This document shows, in pieces, positions 36,333 through 46,735 of a stretch of DNA of 64,000 bases (the stretch's first letter is position 1; the number at the start of each line of letters is the position of its first letter). Under the pieces are notes generated by a model, which saw only the letters and a program-made list of their open reading frames with translations, made no database searches and was not told where the DNA came from. The position numbers and the translations under genes were made by a program. The stretch is from Alphaproteobacteria bacterium (GTDB taxonomy: Bacteria > Pseudomonadota > Alphaproteobacteria > JAAXGF01), in NCBI GenBank assembly GCA_963555825.3, contig CAUVXB020000002.1:1472001-1536000 (forward strand), written 5' to 3'.

Positions 36333-36703
36333 GCCTCTCTGCGCCGCAAATTGCGCCCATATCCGGCCAAATCGCAGCTCACACCGGCGCCAGCCGGCCG
36401 ACAGGTCCGCACGAGTGGCGAAAATCCTTAATCCCGGAATACCCGCCGCGACGGATCATCGAAGCCAAAGACGCGCCGTACAGATCACGCAGCAAACGTT
36501 CTTATACCAGTGAGCGCCTGAATTGACTCTCGGGATATTCATTGATGGCGGATGATGGCGGATTGTGATTCTATGGTCTCCCACCAGATGTGGGGGATGT
36601 CATGGGATCAGCACTCAAGATACGGGATGATTTGACGCCTTTGGAGCTTCGGCGCTGGGCTCGCGTGGAATCGTACGGTCGAGCGGCGGCGCGGGCCTAT
36701 GGG

Positions 36704-38078
36704 GAGCTATTGTCAAAAGTTGTGTATGGGCTGATCATGCGGCGGCGCGATCCTGGCGTTCTCCATCTACGAATTTGACGCCGCGAATGATCTCGGCGAG
36801 ATGGTTCGATCCATCGAGTTTTCTCCATTTTCTCTGAGCGCACTGGCATAGTTTGAAGACCATGGCCATCGCCGTCTTGCGCGACAGGCAGCCCTTGGTC
36901 CGGTAGGTGCGCAGACGAACCGTGGCGAACGTGCTCTCGATGGGGTTGGTCGTGCGTACATGCTTCCAGTGCTCGGCGGGGAAGTCGTAGAACGTCAGCA
37001 GGACGTCGCGGTCCTTGGCCAGGCAGGCCGCGGCCTTGTCGTACTTCGGCCCGTAGGCTTCCAGGAAGAAGTCGAAGGCGCTCTCGGCATCCTTCCTGGT
37101 TTCGGCCATCCAGATGTCTTGCAGGCGCCCCTTGGCTTTCTTTTGCAGACCCTTGGGCAGCTTGTTCAAGACGTTGCCCGTCTTGTGAACCCAGCAGCGT
37201 TGCTCGCGGGCGCCTGGGTAGACTTGGCGGAGCGCCTTCCAGAAGCCGAGCGCGCCGTCGCCGAGCGCCAGTTGCGGACCCATTTCAAGGCCGCGCCGCT
37301 TGAGATCGAGCAGAACTTCGAGCCAGGACTGCTCACTTTCGCGATAGCCGTCGGCGATGGCGATCAGTTCCTTCTGTCCCTTGTCCGTGGCCCCGACGAT
37401 CACCAGGATGCACTGCTTCTCTTCCTCCATGCGGGCGCTGAAATAGATGCCGTCCACCCAGAAATAGACGTAGCGCTTGGCCGTGAGGTCGCGCCGTTGC
37501 CAGCGCTCCGCCTCAACCCCCCAGACCTCTTTCAGCCGGGTGATCGTGGAGGCCGAAAGCCCCGGCGCGGAGCTCCCCAGGAGCGCCGCCAAGGCTTCCC
37601 CGAAGTCGCCGGTGGAAATGCCCTTCAGATACAGCCATGGCAAAAGGTCTTCCAGGCTCTTGGCGCGGCGCAGATAGCGCGGCAGGATCGCCGACGTGAA
37701 GCGGATGGCGCCGTCCCCCCGGTCCCGCACACGGGGTTGGCGCACGCTCACCGGGCCGATCCCGGTCTGGATGAAGCGTTCCGGCAGATATCCATTGCGG
37801 ACAACCCGGCGGCGGCCGGCGGCGTCAACAAGCGCCGCATGGCTACCCAAAAACACGGAGACCTCGGCCTCAACGGCTTGGGCCAACAACTCGCGAGCTC
37901 CAGCTTGTAGGACTTCCGTCAACGGATCTTTCTGAAAATCAGATGGGTTTTGAAAAGCAACAACGGTATTCTCTTTCATGGCGTATCCTTCCTTGGCTTA
38001 GCTCAAGTGGTGACATCAACAATCACCAGGATACGCCGCCTTCATTTCAACGCCGTACACAAGATTCGGTTATAGCTC
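36704..38078 (-). mobile_element. IS256-family element copy 1
   Basis: Ends gagctat/atagctc; 9-bp TSD gcctatggg. Confidence 0.93.
36735..37979 (-). CDS. IS256-family transposase
   Basis: RNGY, WVDGIY, GDGALGFW, QRCWVHK, TTNPIES. Confidence 0.94.
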   Translation of the reverse strand: MKENTVVAFQNPSDFQKDPLTEVLQAGARELLAQAVEAEVSVFLGSHAALVDAAGRRRVVRNGYLPERFIQTGIGPVSVRQPRVRDRGDGAIRFTSAILPRYLRRAKSLEDLLPWLYLKGISTGDFGEALAALLGSSAPGLSASTITRLKEVWGVEAERWQRRDLTAKRYVYFWVDGIYFSARMEEEKQCILVIVGATDKGQKELIAIADGYRESEQSWLEVLLDLKRRGLEMGPQLALGDGALGFWKALRQVYPGAREQRCWVHKTGNVLNKLPKGLQKKAKGRLQDIWMAETRKDAESAFDFFLEAYGPKYDKAAACLAKDRDVLLTFYDFPAEHWKHVRTTNPIESTFATVRLRTYRTKGCLSRKTAMAMVFKLCQCAQRKWRKLDGSNHLAEIIRGVKFVDGERQDRAAA

Positions 38079-38860
38079 GCCTATGGGATCGCGAATGCTT
38101 TGGAGGAGATGCCCCGGGCTGATGCCGCGCGGCTTGCGGGGATGGATCGCCAAACGCTTCGCGACGCGGTTGTTCGTTACAATGCAAAGGGATTGGAGGG
38201 GCTTCACGACCGTCCAAAGGGCTACTCGCCGCGGCGGCTGACGGCAGACGAGGAAGCGGCGCTGGCGGCGGTCATCATCGCCGGGCCGGAGCCTGAGCGC
38301 GACGGGGTTTGCGCCTGGACCCGGGCCGATCTGTGCCGCTGGCTGGAGGAGCGCTTCGCCAAGACCTACCACCCCTCGAGCATGACCCGGGTTCTACGGC
38401 GGATGGGATTTTCCCGCCAGAAGGCGCGCCCGAGCCACCCGCGAAGGGACGCCGAAGCGCAGGAGCGCTTCAAAAAAGGGGGCTTCGCGACATCCTGAAG
38501 GCGACCGCCGCGGCGCATCCCGACAAGCGCCTACAGCTGTGGTTTCAGGATGAAGCGCGCGTCGGCAACAAGGGCCGGGTGTGTCACCGGTGGTGGCGCA
38601 GGGGCGAGCGTGCCCCCGGGACGCGTCAAATCGGCTACCAGTGGGCCTACATCTTCTCCGCCGTGCGCCCGGACACCGGCGACGACGTCACCCTGGTGAT
38701 GCCGAGCGTCAACGCCAAGGTCATGGACCTGTTTCTCGCACACTTCGCCGATACCCTGGACGTAAGCGTTCGTTCAGGCCGTGGAATGGGTCCCGTCAAG
38801 CGCATCTCCCACGTTGAGGCGAGGCCCCACAAGGTGCTGTCTTTCTGCTGGTAACGCGAT

Positions 38861-41524
38861 TTGCCATGCGCTATCGTCGTGCGCATGGTGGTTCTGGACG
38901 AGGATTTTGGCACCAACCTGACGCTGGTCGAGGGTAATGGCGGGGTCCGGTTGTCCCCCGTGTCGGTGCCGGAGCACGCGCCGCGCGACTGGCGGTCACA
39001 GTGTGAGCGGGAACGGGCGCGGGCGGACGCGGCCGAAGCGCGCGCGGAAGAGCTGCGCTGGGCGGAAGTGGCCGCCCGCAGCGATGGCGGTTCGTGGAAG
39101 TCTCGGTTCAAGGCCTGCCGGCGCAGGCTGAGTGAGGCCGTCGAAGAGACGAAGGAAGCCCGCCGCACGGCAAGGGACGTGCCGTCCTTGCAGGCGGAAG
39201 TGGCGCGCCTGGAGACGCTCCTTTCTGAAGCCGGCATCGCGTCGGCCTTCGATACGGCCGGGGCGCTGCGCAAGGAGAACGCCCGGCTGCGCAAGGCCCT
39301 GGCGGCATCGAAGGCCCGTGAGGGCGCGACCGGGCCGTGGCCCGCTCCGCCCCGGCGGCGCACCGTCCTGGAGCCTTCCCCGGACCAGAAGGAGACCGTC
39401 AGGTCGCTTCGCACGGAACTCCGCCGGCTCGACAAGGAGGTGGTCCGGCGGGACAAGGAGAACGCCCGGCTGAACACGCGCCTCGACCAGGAGAAGGAGA
39501 GGACGGAGCGCATCAGGGAGACCGCGAAGAAGCTGTCCAGCGAGTCCCTTCGGCTCCACCGGGAGGTGAGGATACTGGGCGACGCCGAGGCCCGCGCCCG
39601 GTCGCTGTCCGACGAGGTTTTCTGGCTGCGCCATGCCCTGGAGGTGTCCAAAGCCGGTAAGGAGAAGTTGAAGGCCCGGCTCGCCAAGCTTCGGGCGGCC
39701 GGGGCGATGCTGTCGAAGCTGCCGTCCGACGAGGCTGCTCAACTGCGCGCGGCGTTGAGGCGGTCGCGGCGTCAGAAGACGACGATCGAGGCGCTGCGCA
39801 AGGGCAACGCCCGTCTGCGCAGGACCATGCGGGAGTTGGAGACCCGGAAAGCGGCGCTGGCGGTTCAGCCTGCCAAGCTTCGCGCGATCAGGAAGGCACT
39901 CGAGTCCGAGCTTGCCGGGCTTCGGGCGGTCAGGAAGACGTTGTCGAAGTCGCTGTCCGTTGCAGACGCCGATCTCCGCAGGGCTCTGCGAAGGTCGCGG
40001 CGCCAGAAGGCTACGATCAAGTCGCTGTCCCGGGAGAACGCCCGCCTGCGCAAGGGCGCGAAGACGTCGCGGAACCGGATCGAGACGCTGGAAGTCCAGC
40101 TTGAGAGGCTTCGTGCGACCGGGGCGGTGCTGTCGAGGGCGCTCTACGGCCGCAAGAGCGAGCAGCAGGACAAGCCGGGCTCGGAACACAAGCGCGGCCA
40201 GCAGCGCGGCGCGCCCGGCCACGGCCGCACCCAGCGGCCCGGGCTCGATGAGCGCACCGAAGAGCACAACCCGCCGCCGGATGCGTGCGTCTGCGGCCGG
40301 TGCGGGCAGCCCTATGCGCCGAACGGCGCCGAGGAATCCACCCTCGTCGAGATCGAGGTCAAGGCCTACAAGCGCGTGATCCGCCGTCCGCGCTGGCGCC
40401 GGACCTGCGAGTGCGCGTCGTCGCCCATGGAAGTGTCGGCGCCCCCGGTGCCGCGGCTGTTCCCCAGGACGCTCTACGGGACCAGCTTCTGGGCACGCTT
40501 CCTGTTCGAGCACTGTGCCTGCTTCCGCCCCGTGCACCGCGTTGCCGCGTGGATGTCCGCCCAAGGGCTGACGGTCTCGCCGGGGACGCTGGCCGACAGC
40601 CTGAAGCGGTTCGTGCCGCTGCTCGAGCCGCTGGCCGAGGCGATCCTTGCGCACCAGAACAAGGCGGCGCTGCGCCATGCCGACGAGACCAGCTGGCGCG
40701 TCCAGGAACTTCGCGGGGAAGACCGCTCGAGCCGCGCCTGGCTGTGGGTCTCGGTCAGCAATGACGCGGTCTCTTTCCATATCGACCCCTCGCGCAGCGC
40801 CGAGGCGGCGCAGAAGCTGTTCGGCGACGCTCTCCTCGACACGGTCATCGTCTGCGATCGCTATAGCGCCTACAAGCGACTCGCTCGCCTTCGCGAGGGC
40901 AAAGTGACCCTTGCATTCTGTTGGTCCCATATGCGCCGCGATTTTGTCGAGTGCGCGGCCGGCCAGGTGAGACTGACGGACTGGTGCCAGGGATGGATCG
41001 AGCGGATCGCGTCGGTCTACCGCCTGAACGAGGCGAGGTTGGCTCATTACGACCCCGTGATCAAGCGCCAGACGCCGGCGTTCGACGCGGCGCAGGGCGC
41101 GTTGAAGGCGGCGCTCGACGGCCTGTTCGCGGAGGCCGCCCGGGAGTTGGCCGGCCTGCCGGACCAGGCGCGCCAGGGCAGGGCGCTGCGCTCGCTGCTG
41201 AACCATCGCGAAGGGCTGAGCGTGTTCGTCGACCGCCCGCAGGTGCCTCTGGATAACAATCGCGCCGAAAGATTGTTACGAGGTCCGGCCATAGGGCGAC
41301 GGCTGTCGTTCGGTTCCGACAGCGAGGACGGCGCCAGGTTCACGGCGATCATGTACTCGGTGGTGGGCACGCTCTCGATGAATGGCATCGACATCCTGAG
41401 CTGGCTGGACACGTGGCTCGCAGCGTGCGCGGAGAACGATCGCAAACCGCCGGACGACCTGTCGCCGTGGCTGCCATGGTCGATGAGCGAGGAGCGCAGG
41501 CGCGAACTCATGGCGCCGGCGTGA
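38861..41524 (+). CDS. IS66-family transposase with very long coiled-coil N-terminus
   Basis: LYGRKSE, CGRCG zinc finger, HADET, VCDRYSAY, CWSHMRR, DNNRAER. Confidence 0.9.
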   Translation: MPCAIVVRMVVLDEDFGTNLTLVEGNGGVRLSPVSVPEHAPRDWRSQCERERARADAAEARAEELRWAEVAARSDGGSWKSRFKACRRRLSEAVEETKEARRTARDVPSLQAEVARLETLLSEAGIASAFDTAGALRKENARLRKALAASKAREGATGPWPAPPRRRTVLEPSPDQKETVRSLRTELRRLDKEVVRRDKENARLNTRLDQEKERTERIRETAKKLSSESLRLHREVRILGDAEARARSLSDEVFWLRHALEVSKAGKEKLKARLAKLRAAGAMLSKLPSDEAAQLRAALRRSRRQKTTIEALRKGNARLRRTMRELETRKAALAVQPAKLRAIRKALESELAGLRAVRKTLSKSLSVADADLRRALRRSRRQKATIKSLSRENARLRKGAKTSRNRIETLEVQLERLRATGAVLSRALYGRKSEQQDKPGSEHKRGQQRGAPGHGRTQRPGLDERTEEHNPPPDACVCGRCGQPYAPNGAEESTLVEIEVKAYKRVIRRPRWRRTCECASSPMEVSAPPVPRLFPRTLYGTSFWARFLFEHCACFRPVHRVAAWMSAQGLTVSPGTLADSLKRFVPLLEPLAEAILAHQNKAALRHADETSWRVQELRGEDRSSRAWLWVSVSNDAVSFHIDPSRSAEAAQKLFGDALLDTVIVCDRYSAYKRLARLREGKVTLAFCWSHMRRDFVECAAGQVRLTDWCQGWIERIASVYRLNEARLAHYDPVIKRQTPAFDAAQGALKAALDGLFAEAARELAGLPDQARQGRALRSLLNHREGLSVFVDRPQVPLDNNRAERLLRGPAIGRRLSFGSDSEDGARFTAIMYSVVGTLSMNGIDILSWLDTWLAACAENDRKPPDDLSPWLPWSMSEERRRELMAPA

Positions 41525-42402
41525 CCGGCGCGATCGAGTGCCGTTATTACGGCCGCGACTTCACCGCCGGGGAAATGGCGCTGCTGCGCGCGCTGATCGC
41601 CGGGCCGCCGCCGTTGAACCGCCATATGCTGTCGAAGGAGTTCTGCCGGCGCATCGGCTGGTTCAAGCCCGACGGCGGCCTCAAGGACATGATGGCCAGG
41701 GTCGCCATGCTGGCCATGCACAGGGACGGCCTGATCGCCCTGCCGGCGCCGCAGGGACGGCAGAACCGGCCCGGGCCGATCGTCTTCGGGCCGGACACCG
41801 AAGCGCCGCTGTTCCCGGCCCCGACGACCCTCGACAAGGTCCGCCCGCTCGACCTGCGCCCCGTCGTGCGCGGCACCCGGGAGAGCAAGCTCTGGAACGA
41901 GTTCGTCGCCCGCTACCACTATCTCGGATACAAGACCCTGGTCGGCGCCCAGATGCGCTACGCCGTCCACGACCGCGACGGCTGGCCGCTCGCCATGCTC
42001 GGCTTCTCCACCGCCGCGTGGAAGCTCGCCCCGCGCGACAACTTCATCGGATGGACACGGCAGACGCGCGAGAAGAACCTTCCCTTCGTGGTCGACAACC
42101 CGAGATTCCTGATCCTGCCCTGGATCAATATCCCCAACCTGGGTTCGCACATCCTGGCCATCATCCGCCGGCGCCTGCCCGATGACTGGACCGAGCGCTA
42201 CAACACCACGCCCGTGCTCATCGAGACCTTCGTCGAGACCCCGCGCTACACCGGCGCCGTTTACAGGGCCTCCGGCTGGACCCGCGTCGGGACCACCCAG
42301 GGGCGCGGGCGCTACGACCGGGACAGGCAGTCCGACAAGCCTAAAAAGGATGTCTGGCTCCGGCCCCTGCGACGGGATTGGAAACGCACCCTCAATCGCT
42401 AA
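41521..42402 (+). CDS. DUF4338 (DruA-related, Mom-like) protein
   Basis: YHYLGY, WKLAPRDNFIGW, NPRFLILPW, NLGSHIL, ETFVE..YTGAVYRASGW..GTTQGRGR; GTGA overlap with transposase stop. Confidence 0.82.
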   Translation: MTGAIECRYYGRDFTAGEMALLRALIAGPPPLNRHMLSKEFCRRIGWFKPDGGLKDMMARVAMLAMHRDGLIALPAPQGRQNRPGPIVFGPDTEAPLFPAPTTLDKVRPLDLRPVVRGTRESKLWNEFVARYHYLGYKTLVGAQMRYAVHDRDGWPLAMLGFSTAAWKLAPRDNFIGWTRQTREKNLPFVVDNPRFLILPWINIPNLGSHILAIIRRRLPDDWTERYNTTPVLIETFVETPRYTGAVYRASGWTRVGTTQGRGRYDRDRQSDKPKKDVWLRPLRRDWKRTLNR

Positions 42403-43009
42403 AATCGGCCGGGGCGAATGGAAACGCCCGCGCTGATTCCACGGCCTGAACGAACGCTTACCCCTGGACCAGGATGCGCACGCCGTCATGATGTGCGACG
42501 GCGCCGGTTGGCACGACGAGCGCGCCCTCACCGTCCCCGACAACGTCACCTTGGCGCTGTTGCCGCCTTACAGTCCCGAACTCAACCCAGTCGAGCGGGT
42601 TTGGCTCTACCTACGCGAACGCTTCCTATCGCTCCGCGTCCTCGACGACACCGAGGCCATCATCGACGCCTGTTGCCAAGCATGGATCGACCTCATCGCA
42701 GAACCGGATCGTATGCGAACCCTCTGCGCCTATCCATGGATCATGAAGGTGATTTCATAGGCTCACTGGTATTACACAGTCTGGACCCAACCCGGACATT
42801 GAGATTTGATTTGCTACCTGGCGATTGGTGCCTACACCGCCGTTTGCTGTATTGGGGTCGAGAGGGTATGTTTGGTCTGTATCTGGCATTGTCTGAGATC
42901 GCTTTCGATGCGAATGGCGTAACGCTGGGCGTCCTCCATAAGGCTGTGGAGAAGGCGACGTATCCCGGCATCGAAATAGAGCTATTGTCAAAAGTTGTGT
43001 ATGGGCTGA

Positions 43010-44254
43010 TCATGCGGCGGCGCGATCCTGGCGTTCTCCATCTACGAATTTGACGCCGCGAATGATCTCGGCGAGATGGTTCGATCCATCGAGTTTTCTC
43101 CATTTTCTCTGAGCGCACTGGCATAGTTTGAAGACCATGGCCATCGCCGTCTTGCGCGACAGGCAGCCCTTGGTCCGGTAGGTGCGCAGACGAACCGTGG
43201 CGAACGTGCTCTCGATGGGGTTGGTCGTGCGTACATGCTTCCAGTGCTCGGCGGGGAAGTCGTAGAACGTCAGCAGGACGTCGCGGTCCTTGGCCAGGCA
43301 GGCCGCGGCCTTGTCGTACTTCGGCCCGTAGGCTTCCAGGAAGAAGTCGAAGGCGCTCTCGGCATCCTTCCTGGTTTCGGCCATCCAGATGTCTTGCAGG
43401 CGCCCCTTGGCTTTCTTTTGCAGACCCTTGGGCAGCTTGTTCAAGACGTTGCCCGTCTTGTGAACCCAGCAGCGTTGCTCGCGGGCGCCTGGGTAGACTT
43501 GGCGGAGCGCCTTCCAGAAGCCGAGCGCGCCGTCGCCGAGCGCCAGTTGCGGACCCATTTCAAGGCCGCGCCGCTTGAGATCGAGCAGAACTTCGAGCCA
43601 GGACTGCTCACTTTCGCGATAGCCGTCGGCGATGGCGATCAGTTCCTTCTGTCCCTTGTCCGTGGCCCCGACGATCACCAGGATGCACTGCTTCTCTTCC
43701 TCCATGCGGGCGCTGAAATAGATGCCGTCCACCCAGAAATAGACGTAGCGCTTGGCCGTGAGGTCGCGCCGTTGCCAGCGCTCCGCCTCAACCCCCCAGA
43801 CCTCTTTCAGCCGGGTGATCGTGGAGGCCGAAAGCCCCGGCGCGGAGCTCCCCAGGAGCGCCGCCAAGGCTTCCCCGAAGTCGCCGGTGGAAATGCCCTT
43901 CAGATACAGCCATGGCAAAAGGTCTTCCAGGCTCTTGGCGCGGCGCAGATAGCGCGGCAGGATCGCCGACGTGAAGCGGATGGCGCCGTCCCCCCGGTCC
44001 CGCACACGGGGTTGGCGCACGCTCACCGGGCCGATCCCGGTCTGGATGAAGCGTTCCGGCAGATATCCATTGCGGACAACCCGGCGGCGGCCGGCGGCGT
44101 CAACAAGCGCCGCATGGCTACCCAAAAACACGGAGACCTCGGCCTCAACGGCTTGGGCCAACAACTCGCGAGCTCCAGCTTGTAGGACTTCCGTCAACGG
44201 ATCTTTCTGAAAATCAGATGGGTTTTGAAAAGCAACAACGGTATTCTCTTTCAT
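43010..44254 (-). CDS. IS256-family transposase
   Basis: Identical protein to 36735-37979. Confidence 0.94.
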   Translation of the reverse strand: MKENTVVAFQNPSDFQKDPLTEVLQAGARELLAQAVEAEVSVFLGSHAALVDAAGRRRVVRNGYLPERFIQTGIGPVSVRQPRVRDRGDGAIRFTSAILPRYLRRAKSLEDLLPWLYLKGISTGDFGEALAALLGSSAPGLSASTITRLKEVWGVEAERWQRRDLTAKRYVYFWVDGIYFSARMEEEKQCILVIVGATDKGQKELIAIADGYRESEQSWLEVLLDLKRRGLEMGPQLALGDGALGFWKALRQVYPGAREQRCWVHKTGNVLNKLPKGLQKKAKGRLQDIWMAETRKDAESAFDFFLEAYGPKYDKAAACLAKDRDVLLTFYDFPAEHWKHVRTTNPIESTFATVRLRTYRTKGCLSRKTAMAMVFKLCQCAQRKWRKLDGSNHLAEIIRGVKFVDGERQDRAAA

Positions 44255-44342
44255 GGCGTATCCTTCCTTGGCTTAGCTCAAGTGGTGACATCAACAATCA
44301 CCAGGATACGCCGCCTTCATTTCAACGCCGTACACAAGATTC

Positions 44343-46143
44343 GACGGGGCGGTAAAAAGTCGATTCCTCATGAGAGTCGGCTGGATTATAATTGTGCATG
44401 TTTACTTTACGCGACCGACGGACTGGGGAATTGTTTGATCGCTGGTCCGATTTCGGGGACAAACGTCGGCGCCTGATGGAGCAATCCTGGGCCGGGGTTT
44501 TTCGGAACCATCTGCTTGTCGAACTTCCGGTTGACGATCTTTGCCGTCACCTTGATGAACGCATGGGCCGACCATCGAAGGATCTACACGTTGTCATCGG
44601 GGTCTTGCTTTTGCAGCAGCTGCACGATCTGAGCGATGCAGAGACCGTCGAGGCCCTGGCCTTCAATATGGCGTGGCACTATGCCTTGGACGTGCGCAGC
44701 GAAGCGGACAGCTATTTCTGTGAGAAAACCCTGCGCAACTATCGCCGTCTGTTTATCGAACAAGGTCTCGATGAATTGCTGTTCCGGTGTTTGACGGATC
44801 GGCTGGTGCAGGGGTTCTCTGTCGATACCAGCCACCAACGCATGGATTCGACGGCCCTTCGTTCGGCAATGCGGGCGCTGACACGACTTGGTATCGTTGT
44901 TGAGAGCATCTCGAAGTTTGCCCGTGAGCTTGAGCGATATCATCCCGGTCTGCACGAGCAGATCAGCAAGGAGGTGATCCGCCGCTATGTCGATCGCGAG
45001 GGTAATGGCGCGTTCGCGAATACGGCGCCGAGTGTTTCAAAACGGCGCCTCGGCGAAGCGGGTCAGTATCTCCTAGCCCTGGTGCTGCAATTCCGTGACA
45101 CGGCGGCGGCAAAGCTTTCCAGTTTTGCGATCCTGGAGAGGGTTCTGCGCGATCAGTTCGAGATCGTTGATGATGAGTATGGCGATCGTGACGCAACGCG
45201 CGCCGCGATTCGAGATCCAAAGGATGTGCCGTGCGATACCGTCGGCAATCCGGCCGACCCGGACGCGAGCTACAACGCGCACAAGGGTCAAGGATACATG
45301 GCGCAGATCGTCGAAACCTATTGTGAAGATGTCAGTAACGAGGCGGTTGCCGCGACACCGGACCTCATCACCCACGTGGAGGTCCACAAGATGACGGTGC
45401 ATGACGGCCATCGCTTAGCCGATGCGCTGGATGATCTGAGCGAGCGCGCGCTGACGCCGGCGGTGATGCTGGGTGATTCACATTACGGTTCCAGTGACAA
45501 CATGGCTCTGACGCGCGAACAGAACATCAATCTCGTGGCGCCCGCACGACCGCCGAAAGGCGCCGTCTCGGGACGGTTGACGTTGGAGGATTTCACTCTC
45601 AACGAAGAAGGCTTGGTCTTGCGCTGTCCCAATAACGTCGAACCGGTTTCAGCCTCGCTCGCCAAAGCCAAGCTGCAGGCCCGTTTCGACCTCTCCATCT
45701 GCCAAAAATGTCCCGATATACTGCGATGTCCCGTGCAGGCGGCCAAGCGTGACGGCCAATTTTCCCGCTTTCAATATACCCCGGCCAGGGCTGCCAACCA
45801 AAAGCGCCGGCTTTATGAACAAAGCGATGCCTTCCGCAACGTCTACAGATGGCGGGCCAGCATAGAAGCTACCATGTCGCGATTAAAGTACCAGATGAAC
45901 CTGGCTCACCTACGCATTCGCGGCATGCCGGCCATGCGCTACGTGGTCAATCTGCGTGCCCTCGGCCTCAATATCCGACGCTGCGCGGCAATCGCACCAT
46001 AAAAAACGAAGCCAAGGAGAAGCCAAGGATAGGTAATATCAGGTTTTATCCACCAGCAACGCGGAGACAGGCAAATATTCTTCACCGAACCGCAAAGACC
46101 TGTACAAGCACGCCATCGGCCAACAACTTTTTACCGCCCCGTC
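44343..46143 (+). mobile_element. IS1182-like / ISNCY (ISDol1-like) element
   Basis: TIR gacggggcggtaaaaagt; 7-bp TSD aagattc. Confidence 0.85.
44398..46002 (+). CDS. DDE transposase (IS1182/ISDol1-like)
   Basis: GRPS, LSDAE, RMDST, DPDASY..KG.GY, GDSHYGS, RASIEATMS. Confidence 0.85.
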   Translation: MFTLRDRRTGELFDRWSDFGDKRRRLMEQSWAGVFRNHLLVELPVDDLCRHLDERMGRPSKDLHVVIGVLLLQQLHDLSDAETVEALAFNMAWHYALDVRSEADSYFCEKTLRNYRRLFIEQGLDELLFRCLTDRLVQGFSVDTSHQRMDSTALRSAMRALTRLGIVVESISKFARELERYHPGLHEQISKEVIRRYVDREGNGAFANTAPSVSKRRLGEAGQYLLALVLQFRDTAAAKLSSFAILERVLRDQFEIVDDEYGDRDATRAAIRDPKDVPCDTVGNPADPDASYNAHKGQGYMAQIVETYCEDVSNEAVAATPDLITHVEVHKMTVHDGHRLADALDDLSERALTPAVMLGDSHYGSSDNMALTREQNINLVAPARPPKGAVSGRLTLEDFTLNEEGLVLRCPNNVEPVSASLAKAKLQARFDLSICQKCPDILRCPVQAAKRDGQFSRFQYTPARAANQKRRLYEQSDAFRNVYRWRASIEATMSRLKYQMNLAHLRIRGMPAMRYVVNLRALGLNIRRCAAIAP

Positions 46144-46304
46144 AAGATTCGGTTATAGCTCATCGAAATAGCGCCACCACCACAATCATAATGGAGAGAT
46201 AAATGGGCCCCGATGAGGCCAAGGCCCTCGCCAAGGAGTTTGATTTCGCGGGAGAGATCATCTGTCACCCAAATGCGTAAAACGCTGGTGTCGGGCCGGG
46301 TCGA

Positions 46305-46505
46305 ATGTTGATCGTCAAGGCACCGGGAGACGAGCCGCGCATGGGCAGGGGCGCGGCGGAGTATCTGCGCGAACTGCTCCCTTACCTGTCAGCTAAACAG
46401 GAACCGGCTATTTCCGCCGTCAAGATGATTGCGGGGGGCCCACCAAAGGAAGTCTTGGATGGCGAGAGGATCGCCCTGGCGCGAATTGCGAAAGACGGCA
46501 ACTAG
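46305..46505 (+). CDS. Small hypothetical protein
   Basis: 66-aa ORF ending 1 nt before next ATG. Confidence 0.4.
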   Translation: MLIVKAPGDEPRMGRGAAEYLRELLPYLSAKQEPAISAVKMIAGGPPKEVLDGERIALARIAKDGN

Positions 46506-46506
46506 A

Positions 46507-46692
46507 ATGATTGCTGACGCTGACATCCAGCGCGCCGCCAAGGAGCTTGTCGAGCGCTATGGGGACAACGCGATTGCAGCGGCGAAAGAACGCGTCGAGG
46601 CTGTATCCACCTCAAAAGACCGGTCAGAGGTCAATTTGGCTCTGCGTGTTCTCTCTGCAGTGGAAGTTTTGCTCGCTGACGAGCGGTCATAA
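46507..46692 (+). CDS. Small conserved helical hypothetical protein
   Basis: DIQRAAKELVERYGDNA..RVLSAVE pattern seen in alphaproteobacterial accessory regions. Confidence 0.6.
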   Translation: MIADADIQRAAKELVERYGDNAIAAAKERVEAVSTSKDRSEVNLALRVLSAVEVLLADERS

Positions 46693-46735
46693 GACGGGCC
46701 ACCGCCACGATGCTTCGCCAGTTGGTTAGGGATGA

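Larger units (their letters stand above)
38762..42461 (+). mobile_element. IS66-family element with passenger DUF4338 gene (3.7 kb)
   Basis: Perfect 26-bp TIR gtaagcgttcgttcaggccgtggaat; 8-bp TSD ccctggac. Confidence 0.92.
36505..42771 (+). mobile_element. IS630-B copy 2, interrupted by IS256 and IS66
   Basis: Same TIRs, TTA duplication; transposase in three pieces. Confidence 0.9.
34830..42783 (+). mobile_element. IS1182-family element; right TIR split by nested IS630-B
   Basis: cagactgtgtaaaaac left end; right end gttc-tta|tta-cacagtctg; gatc/gacc flanks. Confidence 0.88.
34766..42800. repeat. Double-hairpin repeat R2 (31+16+30 nt), second hairpin split by IS1182
   Basis: attgtccagttaccgctcaaaagcggacgcc-N16-gatgtctggttttgacc|caacccggacatt. 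Confidence 0.7.
42979..46161 (-). mobile_element. IS256-family element copy 2, one TIR split by nested IS
   Basis: 9-bp TSD atcgaaata at 42970 and 46162. Confidence 0.92.

Noticed and set aside
41521-42402. Druantia defence system
   Set aside because: No DruE helicase or other dru genes; the gene lies inside IS66 TIRs
36704-46161. Composite transposon bounded by the IS256 (or IS630-B) copies
   Set aside because: Each copy has its own separate TSD, so these are independent insertions
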